Positions 23,186 through 33,000 of a DNA stretch of 33,000 bases are shown here, in pieces. A model generated the notes under the pieces. The model saw only the letters and a list, made by a program, of their open reading frames with translations, was not told the DNA's origin and searched no databases. How positions within the stretch are numbered: position 1 is the stretch's first letter; each line of letters begins with the position of its first letter. The DNA is taken from positions 956,868 through 989,867 of the forward strand of contig RDEW01000015.1 of assembly GCA_011109175.1 (NCBI GenBank). Reading direction: 5' to 3'. The DNA comes from Dicyema japonicum (taxonomy: Eukaryota; Animalia; Dicyemida). The translations under genes and the position numbers were made by a program.

Positions 23186-24780
23186 TGGGTTGTCGAGTAA
23201 TTTATTTAAAGTTGAGCAGAGAAATTGTTTAAGCGGACCATTTTTGCTCTTAGGGAATTAATGTTGAAGTTAGAAACTGAGGCACAGGCTTACTCCACCG
23301 TCGGCTTTAAAGGTTGGATGCGCATTCTTGTGACGGCTGGCTCCTGAAGTTTAGAAAGGTGGGAGAGTTCTGCTGGAGGTGGTTAAAAAACCATCAGTTG
23401 TAACCTCATGGAGTCCAATCAAAGGGAAAAACTTGTCTCGAATAACGAAGATGTTATTGCAAAAATAATATAAGATTTTGTTTTACATTTAAAAATTGTT
23501 GATTTTGAAAAGAATCTGTAAAAAATCAGCCGTCAATTCAGCAATATTATCAAAAAAAGTAAGGTTGTCAGTTGGAATTGATGGATACTTTGCGTACTGA
23601 AGGGCCCTTTTTGTCAGATTCAAGACTCACAGGTGTTGGAAATAATTTCTAAAGACGTTAACATAAAAATTGAGAGTTTGGCGGCCACAAAACACAATAA
23701 ATGAATATGCACTCTATTTCTTTGGCGGGCTTACTGAACCATACGAGTATGAATTTGTTGATTCAGTAATTCGTTCAAAACTAACCAAACATTGAGAGCA
23801 TCTTAAGCCAGCAATTGGAGTGTCCTACTTTTTTAGGTCGAAATTTCTTAGAAAACTCATTTGGCTACGATTTTTGCAACATAAATACTCTGTGTCCCAC
23901 TGTTGAATTGGATATTAAGACGCTAAGTGAACTACAACTCGAGCTACTCTTAGATCAAGTAAATAAGAAGAGTCACTCTTTGAATGTTATAAGCTCTTCT
24001 CATTAGCTCTCAAAGGGAAATAATTCTTCACTTATATTGTCTTTCAGGACAGAAATTTGTTCTTAGCGGAACGTTATGCGGTCTGTGGGTTCTGCAAGAA
24101 ATGGAAGAAGACTATTGACCACGGTGTCACTAGATGTGAGAAAATGCTTCATGGCGACCAAGTAAGGAAGCACAATGAGAGAGTTTCTCTTAAAGAACTC
24201 AAGGATCATTGAAAATTTTGGTTATGAATGAGGACTTCGAAATCAATTCTCAAATATCCTTAATAATAATTTTATTGTCCATAAGGCAGTCACCCAGCTC
24301 TCTTCAAACATATTGGGATTATTGCATTTACATCCGATGTCCTCGATTTGCTGTCTATGACGCGTATGGGGAAACTTTTGCCGTGAAAAATTAGTCCTGA
24401 CCTACCATCGTAAAGTATCGAATATTTCAAACAGGGACGTCCTATTACAATCTTTGGATCAAGTTATTACCGAAGGTCTTGACGGATTGCCCGATCCAGA
24501 GTTTTAGTGACTTTTGATGTGTTCAAATTATTTAGGAATGGAATCACAAAAATAATGAAATTTTCATCCCCTTTATTTCCGGAAGATCTCTAAAATGTTT
24601 TAAATGAGTTATTCTGACCTTCGCAGTAAAAAAGTTACTTTGTTAAAAAATGAGAATTTTTGCAGTAGTGGCTAAGTGCCAAGGGATCTCGTGACCGCAA
24701 AATATCTGTGGGGAAAAAGAAGAGGGTCTTTTAACTGTTATATCATCTAATTTTTGCCACGAGGAGGTGACCCAAACCCT

Positions 24781-24919
24781 CCACTTGACCACCTTGGTCA
24801 TATTATCAATTAAATCTTTTCCGGACCAGCACCATCAATGACTCTAAGGGACTTGTTGGAGCGTCCAGTACTCTCAGTTAGACGTCTGGTGGAGCCGTCT
24901 ACATGCTAGTGAGGTTAGG
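24781..24919 (+). repeat. Unclassified dispersed repeat or paralogous fragment (partner 30184-30328, minus strand)
   Basis: Shared blocks ATATTATCAAT, TTTCCGGACCAG, CTAAGGGA and CTACATGYTAGTGAGGTYAGG in the same order. Confidence 0.75.
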
Positions 24920-24984
24920 TCAGCATAACTAATGAGAATTTATGGTTTTATTACTTTTTAAAGAAATAGAGTGAGATTTTAAAG

Positions 24985-26708
24985 TTATATGACTACACTA
25001 GTAGGCCTTTCCACTCTTGGACGAATAGGAAGACTGTTGCAGGAGTGCAGGTCATTTTTTTCCGTAATTCTTAAAATAACGGGAAAAAATACAGAGAATT
25101 AAATTTTCCTATGTTTTCATATTTGAATATTTCAAATTTCGACCGTTCTATAATAATTCATCACTCATACGAAATTCTTTCCGTCTTCTTCGGAAAACTA
25201 AAATCGCAAGGATTAGCATAACGAAAAAAATGGCGAAAAATATAATTCCAAACGTAAATGCGGTTTCATTTCTTTTGATAAAGCTGTGCACTAAAAAGCC
25301 CCCTTCAATCGCTTTTTTCACTGAAAACCGCATATCGACGTAAAACGAGCCATAAATGTTACTGATTACACAAATAATCCTCCTCGGACCTTTTTTTGCG
25401 TCGAATCTTACACGTATGGTCCTGTCGTCTAACCTTTTAATCAAATCTAGTTTGAAATCACCAGAGTTATAAACCTGAGCCGTTTTTCAAGTCCTCCATA
25501 TAATCGCCGTAGTACCAAATTACTTTAGGAACCGGAAAGCCTTTTACTGTCGTCAGATGATAAACACCTACTTCTGAATCACCCACCGATTCCGTAGATT
25601 GATTCACTGTGCCATATGGAAGTTCTAAGGGATTCGAGTCACCAAATTTACCGATGAATTGAACTTGGAAGTTATTTCCGAAGATTTTTCCTACTGAATT
25701 GATTCCCACACAAAAATATCGACCGTTGTGGGTCATTTGTGACTTTTCAACCATATTCCCCGACACTGAGTAAAACTCGACGCTTGGTGGGGGACTTTAA
25801 TTAAAAATAGTCAAACTTCCCCTCGAAAAAACAGTCAATGTCTTCAAGGTTTGAAGGACTGATCAAAAAAATATAATCATCGACTGGGGGAAATACTATT
25901 TGGGAATTGATTGGGGTATTGATAGGTTGTCTCTGATTTGATTAAATATTAATTATTACTTCTATTTTTGACATACAAGCCGATAGTTTCCGTTTCTACT
26001 GTCTGTCTACCGTTAGCGATTTCTGCTAAACATTCGTAGAATATGGAATCTGATTTCCTCAAATGAGTGAAAAATAAGTTTCCTGGGAAAATTTAAAATT
26101 CGAAAAACCTAAAATTTTTTTGATTCTTGAGTCTGAACCCAAGTCATGCTCGAAATCTACTCGGTATCTTATGGCTGTTGGGGATGTGAGGATGCTTTTG
26201 TTGCATTCCATAAAAAACGCGTCCCCCACAAATTTTTCAACAATTTTATAATCTTTCCTCACATTTTCAACATCTGTGTTGTTTTAGATCAATATTACGT
26301 GGATAGTACACATTTATTGGAGGAATTGAAGATGTCGAGTTATTTCCCACGGCAAAGCAGCGGTATTTTCCAGTGAGGCTAGGATCTATCGTCAGAAAAG
26401 TTAGAGATCCATTGTTGAGGTGAATAAATGAGTTTTGGTCGTTAATTTCAGAACCATCTTTTTCCCAAATTATTCTAAATTCACCCTCAAACCGTACCTA
26501 GCTGAGAGGGAGGGGCAGTTCTTGCAGAAACAAGATAACTTTAAAGATTTTTCAAGAAGAACAGGTCCCTGCGTAAATTCATCGATAAACGGATGCTCAT
26601 GATTTTCTAAATTCCAATAAAAATTGATTTGAATAATTGCTATTAAACTTATTTACCTTTGCCGAGAGAAATAAAAAAATTCACAAAAAGGGGGAAAAGC
26701 AGGTTCAT
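24985..26708 (-). CDS. Type-I membrane Ig-superfamily adhesion protein (signal peptide, 4 Ig domains, TM, short tail); L1/neuroglian/hemolin-like Ig array
   Basis: MNLLFPLFVNFFISLG signal; LSC...IIWEKDG...NGSLTF...GKYRCFA; MEC...GNLFFTHLRKSDSIFYEC; CFFEGNPPP...HNGRYFCVGINSVG; GFPVPKVIW...CVISNIYG; TM FGIIFFAIFFVMLILAILVF then RRRRK; ends RPTSVVI*. About 10 introns, mostly 22-28 nt. One apparent frameshift near 25900-25960. Confidence 0.88.
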
Positions 26709-28619
26709 CTAGGAATAAGAAATTATATTTGCTTTAATAGTGAGCCATATGTTGGCCAAGGCACTCAAAACACACCTGTCTTACGAATAAACTATTTAAA
26801 CGCCGGCGAATGTGATTTATTCTTAAAATTCCGCCAAATTATGAATAAATTATAAAATTGATAGTAATTAAGAAAAATCCAGGCCACAGCATGTTTCCGT
26901 CGGAGATTTCTTTCAGTTGGTAACATATGGCATTTCAATTTTACAAAAAATTTCAAAATAATCATGAATGACAAATTGAATTTTGCAATTAGTAGCATCA
27001 AATTAATTGAACGTCACTAAAATGACAGCAACGATATTCGATGTCTCTTGACTATTTTAGTAGTCTTAGTCTATATTTATTTTATTTATTTGGCCCCTCT
27101 GAATTAAGAAAACTGGTGACTAACAGGAACATCACAGCCAAAGATCCGACAGGTGTATTTGGTCTGTGCAGAACTCGAAGGCAACCTGGACAAGAGAAGA
27201 AGTGAGCCGTATTCTGGCCTCTTTGGTCTATATTAACTGCTGAGTGTCTTCATTTCAAGCACTCCCAGCGGCAACTATCAAATTCAGCCCACTCATGCAA
27301 ACCACTCGAATTATTAAATGTCAAACACTTTGGACAAACATCTTTCTGCCTGTTATCAATTCCGCCTTATCTCAGAAGACAGGGATTTGCATAAACCTAA
27401 TGCCTTTCCTGTGGAAATACTGTGAGGAAAAATGCAGTTTCTCTTCACTACGAGTTTCAGTTTCAATTATTGTCGTTGATTATTAATTTTGTTATAAAAA
27501 TGAACTCAACTTAGTTAATTTTACTTATCGAACAGATTTCAGAAATTGTAGAATCTGAGTCTTATTGATTTTCATCTATTATGCTTAAGATGTTATGTTG
27601 CCAATTCCTCAGATATTGATTTTAAATGATGACGTACCTCAATTATGCGAAATCTCCACTTTTCTTTATGATGGATGAAAACCTTTGTAGCCGTATACAA
27701 AGTGAATAAGATAGGAGACATTGAGAACCTGAAGTTCAGAACAAGGGAACTGTAGGATCTGGGTTCAAATCTAATGCGGCCCACAGTTGAAAACTTGGAG
27801 GATCATAGTAGACTTGGATACTCGATTTTTATATCTCCAAGGTAGAATCCTGTCAAGCCTAAAATTAGTAGGAGACAAAAGTTAAGATAGATTATTGATA
27901 TTAATGTAGCCATTTTATGATAATTCTTATATCATTTAACACGGTTTTCTTGGAGACCATACTGTCTATCGTGTACCTCGATTACACACCTTCTGAGATA
28001 TCATAAGTTTGTCAACAGCTCCAAAAGCTTTAATCTCGTTTCTATAAACAACAATCACACTTAAAAGACCTTTTATAGTCAAAATTAATAAAAATATATT
28101 TATAAGAACTTAAAAAATCAGATTTCAGCTAACTTTACCATCAAGAGTCAATTCTCTTATCATGGCCTCTTCAGTGTTTATCAACAATTTAACTGAAAAA
28201 TAATTTTTGGGAGTATTTACTACCACCAAGCAAAGCTTGTTACACAAAATTCCAAGTATTCTTGATAACAACTGAAGGTCCTCTACGAATCATCATCCTC
28301 GCAATAATACATGGATTTTACCTTAAATGACTACAGATTGTGCCACGGCTTATTAAGACTGGGTATTTTCAACGATCCGTTTGAGTTAAAATGCTTTAAT
28401 AAGATAGTTAAGCTAAATAGAAGATTTAATTAAATTTTCATAATTTTATGTGACATATGGAAAAATTTAAGTATTTTCATTGACAATTTTTGACATGAAC
28501 AGTAATTGGGGAAAATGTCAAATTGTCACGTGCATTCGATAAAAAATAACTAGTATTATCACGGCCATGTGTGCTTTAAGGAAGGAAATTTAAAATCAAC
28601 ATTATAGTTTCTTTTAAAT

Positions 28620-28780
28620 GGCATCCCCCAAAAATTATCACTATCCACTCTTGCTCACCTTATCCTTAGATAGCCTCCAGACATCAGGTAATGAAAACTA
28701 TATTATCATCACTTACGCCAATGACATCTTCCTAGCCTAACGCGATCGAGACCTCCAGTCCACCATGACACGCTGGCTAA
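28620..28780 (+). mobile_element. Small RT remnant
   Basis: GIPQ...IIITYANDIFLA*RDRDLQ parallels LILSYADDIILAFKDRSIQ at ~31650. Confidence 0.55.
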
Positions 28781-29169
28781 AGGATCCTGATCATCGAAAA
28801 GTCCACCACCTATCTTTTCACCTCAGAAAAAAAGATTTGGAAGGCAAATCAGGAAAACCTGGTCAATCTCAGTTTTGGATACCATGGAAGCGCGTTCAAT
28901 ATGTGCCGACAAAAGATGAATCTATGAAAAGCCTCTCAGTCTATGGAAGATCATTTACTATCTGGGAAAATATATTGATTTATTTTTTAAGAACTGAAGG
29001 GCATCGACCACAGTTTATTATTGGCTATATAAACAGGTGGTTAATTGATAAACTAGACCCAACGTTGTTTCTGATAATTTTTGAGATAAAACTGTCATAT
29101 ATTACCAACCATATCTTTATATCGTTAGGAGAGATATTTATTATTAACTCAGGAAACACAAGAAGGCAA

Positions 29170-29870
29170 GATTTATTGTCTTGTAATAAGGCAGTGGGTT
29201 GATGAAGATGCAACATTGACCTTGGGGACGTTGAAAATAAAACTGTGCGAGGGGATGAAGATATTCGTAAGTAAAAGTACTTTCAACCGCTGTCTATATG
29301 AATTTCACTATACAGTGAAAACTCTTGACATTGCTCCTGAGAGAAGAAACTGTGAAAGCACCATTGAGACATGATTCAATATGGAACAAATTTCCAAGTT
29401 GGAGATAGCCGAATAATCTTTATAGACGAAGTAGGTTACAATGTATCCCAGCGTGTCCGCTTTGGTAGATCTGAAAGAGGTATTCCTGTGCGTATTAGTG
29501 TGTCACATGTACGTAGTAGGAATATTTTAGTAATGGCCGCAATGACTGCACATTGTATGGTCTATCATTCTATTGTTAATGGTGCTGTTAATGGGGGAAT
29601 CTTTTAAAGATAGGGGGTGATATTGATGATTTACAGCTAAGACATTTTTCTGATGTTATCCCTGAAGACTGCGGAGGATACTTCAGAAAGATGAAAGGAT
29701 ACATTATGAGAGCTGTTAATGGTGAAATTATTAATGAATAAATAAATTTTTTTGTTTAACTAGTATTGTTGTAAAAATTTATTTTCTGTCGTTATTGATC
29801 GATCAAGTATCGTTGTTGATTGACTATTGTCGTTAATGATTGACGAAGTTCGTTATTGATAGGAAAACTT
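29170..29870 (+). mobile_element. IS630/Tc1-type (DDE_3) transposon remnant with internal deletion and subterminal repeats
   Basis: VDEDATLTL, APERRNCESTIE, IIFIDEVGYNVSQR..GRSERG...RSRNILVMAAM, DCGGYFRKMKGYIMRAVNGEIINE*. Four TCGTTRWTGAT motifs at ~29789-29860. Confidence 0.8.
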
Positions 29871-30183
29871 TATAAGATTGGTGAGTAGCAATTCTACATT
29901 ATTTACAATTAGTTCGGTAAAGAGGGACATTTTTAAATCTTTTAGCGAATCAAAGTGAAAGCTCTTCCGCTTAGGTTCTATTTAACCAAAATAAGGTTCC
30001 ATGATTTCACAATTATATAACCAAGAGCCATATTAGCTATAGCTCTTCCCAGACAGGACACACAATATTTAAATAAAGAACAGTTATGATAACTAATCGT
30101 AGGAGAACGAAGGAATGTTCTTCACTTTTTTTTCTTTTTGTTGGTGTGTCCTTTAGTTTCGATAATGTCGTACGGTCAGTTAC

Positions 30184-30328
30184 CCTGACCTCACTAACAT
30201 GTAGGTGTCCGGCTGCCATCGACCGTCCAGCTGATAGTGTTAGGCGTCCCCACGAATCCCTTAGCGCCATTGGTGGTCCTGGTCCGGAAAGTATTTGATT
30301 GATAATATCTCCAAGCTGGTCAGGTAAG
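30184..30328 (-). repeat. Unclassified dispersed repeat or paralogous fragment (partner 24781-24919)
   Basis: Reads PDQLGDIINQILSGPGPPMALRDSWGRLTLS versus LDHLGHIIN*IFSGPAPSMTLRDLLERPVLS. Confidence 0.75.
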
Positions 30329-30514
30329 GGAGTGATTAACTCGTAAGGAGGTCGTATGGTTAATTAGTCACATGTACAGTGAATCAAAATAGCTTTCATT
30401 TTAATAAACTGATCACGGGCTGGACCGTTAGAGTGCTTGACTTAAGACACTTGGAATCTCTCAAAACATAGATCCCGGAAGAATTTCATGAAACAAAGGG
30501 ACTACCACATATAT

Positions 30515-31140
30515 TATCAAAAAAATAAAACGGATCATCACCGTCTCGTATGCCTAGACTCAGAATCCGCAGGTGAAAGCGGTGCTTGGTTGAGAGTCCT
30601 TCAGTTTACATTCCTCGGGACTGTCCTTGACAATGATTCCACAAGAATATGAGTGTGCGTCTGATTTGTTCTAGATGTTCGTATGGCCCACCGTTGCAGA
30701 TGGGCATGATGGTCTAAGTTAAGGGCTTCGCGCAGTAAGTCTAAGTTAAGCCTGGGAAGGAGTTCAAGAAGTAGAGGTATCAATGGAGTCATTGAGGGTG
30801 CACTGGAGACCTCCGGATTCCCTATACAGTTGGAGTCCATAGGATTAAACTTAGCAAACAAGAAGCCTGACGGGACAACTCTTCTTCCGTGGGAAATATC
30901 TCGCTTGTGATGCTACTTTTGTGGACGGCTTGATCCCTCTCCAATCTAGTACAGCCGGCAACTCACTCCTAATCTGCCTCAGAGAAGGTCGAAAATCTTA
31001 AAAGAAAGAAGTACGAAAACTTCAGAAAACGTTTCGTTTTCAAATCTTTTGATCGAATCACAGGAGTGATCGAATACGTTTTCTGATTTTTTGCAATCCA
31101 ACGGCACTTATTTCGAAGAAGCAAAGGGATTAGGTGATCA
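30515..31140 (+). mobile_element. Decayed CRE-like fragment
   Basis: ESGAWLRVLQFTFLGTVLDNDSTRI...HRCR...RGINGVIEGALETSGFPIQLESIGL...KKPDGTTLLPW...ENLKRKKYENF. Confidence 0.8.
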
Positions 31141-31205
31141 TGCTCAGACTTGAAGGAAGTCCATCCAGGCAGAATTCCTCTGGATGGTTGACTAAATTCT
31201 TTTAA

Positions 31206-31500
31206 TTAGTTGTTTGTCTTAAATAATTGTTCAAAGACCGAGGGTAAAACCAAACTAACAAATTCCTTAATCTTGACGCGTTCCAGCAGAACCTTCAGCC
31301 GGACGTTATCCAGATAGCTTAGGTCGATTCCAGAACTCGCCGTCAGAAAACGAAATTGTTTCCCGGTGGAAAGAATAGTTGAATCTTTTTGAATGCCGGC
31401 CAGGCATTGGGCGTCTCCTGAGTTAGATGGATCCAATGACTCCATCAGAGAAGGAAGATAAATTTTCAACTAATTAACCGTGTAGCACAACATGACGCAA
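31206..31500 (-). repeat. Unclassified coding-like dispersed repeat (copy 2, better preserved)
   Basis: 87-codon open stretch SLDPSNSGDAQCLAGIQKD...RLKVLLERVKIKEFVSLVLP, homologous to 16985-17260. Confidence 0.75.
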
Positions 31501-31509
31501 CGCGGCTTA

Positions 31510-32110
31510 TTATTACCCAGGATCTTTGTTGATGATGTGTCGAACCTCCACTTTGAGAGCCATAGTTCCAGCTTTTCAAGTATTTGTTGGACGGAATGAG
31601 TCGATGTTGAATGCTTCTGTCCTTGAAGGCAAGAATGATATCGTCGGCGTAGGAAAGGATTAAACAGTTATCATTACAGGTTTGTGGCATGTCGTTTATG
31701 TAGAGGTTGAAGAGTTGGAGGTGACAGTGGGGAACCTCAAGGGACTCCATTTGGGAAGTAGCAAGATCTTGATTTGATGTTGTTGCAGAGTACTTTTGTT
31801 CGTCTTCCATTTAGCAAGTTTCCAAGCCAAAGCTTCAAGTGCGGGTGGATGTTCGTTTTAAATATTTTTTTGTAAGGAGTTTCCTGAAACGAATGCTTTT
31901 GTAATGTCCAAAAATATGACTACTGTACTTTGATGGTGTTTGGAAGAGTTAAATACTTCCGCAATGAATTGTGTAAGGGTTGCAGGGTGTTTTGCGGTCG
32001 ACTGGTTACCCAGAATCCGTGCTGGATTGAGGGTATTGAGATTGAATCCTGTACTTTTTCCAGAATAAGCTTTTCGAAGATCCTTGAGACTGGACTCAGA
32101 ATAGATATTG
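31510..32110 (-). mobile_element. jockey/CR1-like LINE RT fragment
   Basis: LSPVSRIFEKLILE, IQHGF, IFLDITKAF, KLWLGNLLNGRRTKV, NGVP*GSPLSP, LFNLYINDMP, SYADDI. Confidence 0.88.
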
Positions 32111-32459
32111 TTATTTACTCTAATAAAATGTGAGTATTTACTATTCGTAGCTATAAATACTATGGCTCAAGTAAAAAGGCTATTATTATTGAGATAGTCT
32201 CGTGAAAGTTAAACAAATCTTGTTATATAAAAAAGAGGAGTTAGAACATTGCATTATTATAAAGATATGTAGGTCAAAAGAAACAAAAGACCCTTTTTTG
32301 TAGGCACCCAATTAAGACCATTCTTCATGATCCCACTTTTGATGCCGCAAAAGAAAATAATATTCTAAAACTACTATATACGGCATAAAGCTACAACAAC
32401 AACAAAAATATAATAACCCCACGTTAAATTATATATTTTTATTATAAGGAAAAAGAATA

Positions 32460-33000
32460 GTTAATTTAATTTTAATTATTCAGCTGTTGGGAGATGCATA
32501 AGCTATTCCCACGGACAACAGCCAACGAGAGCCTCTCCTTGAGCCATCTCGTCTCACGAAGATCACCAGTTTTGTCGGATAGTAGTTTTCCAAGATGATT
32601 CAGGAACTTCAGCGTTTTAGGGCCAAAGTTCCCCGAAGTTTCAATCGCGACAGGTGCGAAAATGTACCTGTCGCTGATATCCGAATACTTAGCATTTTTC
32701 ATTTCCTCTGCTTGAGAAGAAGGTCTGCCCGGTGAATTATTTTTTTTGCTTGGGGCGAAAGAGCAGACACAGGTCACATCCCATACAAGGTTTCGCCCTC
32801 GCTCGAAAGGAAAGGAGGTCATGCCGTCAGGGCGTCTTCCGTTGTCAAATAGACCAGTCGGTTCGATCCGGCAACGGAATCCAGCCGATTCTAATGCCCT
32901 CTTAATGATGCCGTTCATTGCCGAATGTCGAGAAGATCTGCCAATTCCGCTCCGGCATGAGAGGAGGTGGAGACCCAGTTCGTCCGATAGACAGCCACAT
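32460..33000 (-). mobile_element. CRE-like non-LTR retrotransposon 3' end, intact frame, runs off the window
   Basis: HLLSCRSGIGRSSRHSAMNGIIKRAL...RRPDGMTSFPFERGRNLVWDVTCV...KNAKY...FAPVAIETSGNFG...RETRWLKERLSLAVVRGN. Confidence 0.92.

Noticed and set aside
27130-27480. Several in-frame TGA codons on the minus strand suggesting TGA=Trp or a NUMT
   Set aside because: The same frame also has a TAG, no mitochondrial protein is recognisable, and the host genes use TGG for Trp.
28765-29202. 145-aa ORF as a real gene
   Set aside because: It joins an RT remnant to the start of a transposon remnant, has no coherent domain and lacks introns.
29789-29860. Four spaced repeats resembling a mini-CRISPR
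   Set aside because: The units are about 11 nt with ~10-nt similar spacers at a transposon end, which fits subterminal transposase-binding repeats.
1-33000. Prokaryotic systems (CRISPR array, retron, DGR, defence operon)
   Set aside because: The genes are spliceosomal and eukaryotic, there is no regular repeat-spacer array, and the RT pieces are decayed LINE fragments.

Overview
AT-rich eukaryotic, almost certainly animal, genomic DNA. The bacterial-style ORF track breaks the real genes into pieces because they are interrupted by very small introns (21-28 nt). Four host genes could be spliced by hand, all on the minus strand: a CERS1-type ceramide synthase (6702-7737, 5 introns, intact, 308 aa), the complex I subunit NDUFB9 (20948-21415), an SLC9B/NHA cation-proton antiporter (21464-23069, 8 introns) and a 4-Ig type-I membrane adhesion protein (24985-26708). 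At least one more uncharacterised multi-exon gene lies at about 17.8-20.9 kb. The rest is mostly decayed transposon debris: seven CRE-like RLE non-LTR fragments, three RTE-like 3' ends with (TAA)n tails, jockey/CR1-like RT pieces, Tc1, IS630-Tc1, a TIR-bounded pogo/Tigger and a Ginger/KRBA2-like integrase that has its own micro-introns. The most notable points are the micro-intron architecture, an operon-like 48-nt spacing between SLC9B and NDUFB9 with an acceptor-like AG before the start codon, a DD-to-DN change in the antiporter ion-binding motif, a 24-nt piece of the CERS gene at a retrotransposon junction, and excess CACGTG sites. A miniaturised parasitic metazoan such as a myxozoan or dicyemid is my inference only. 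Several single-base frameshifts at homopolymer runs suggest an unpolished long-read assembly.
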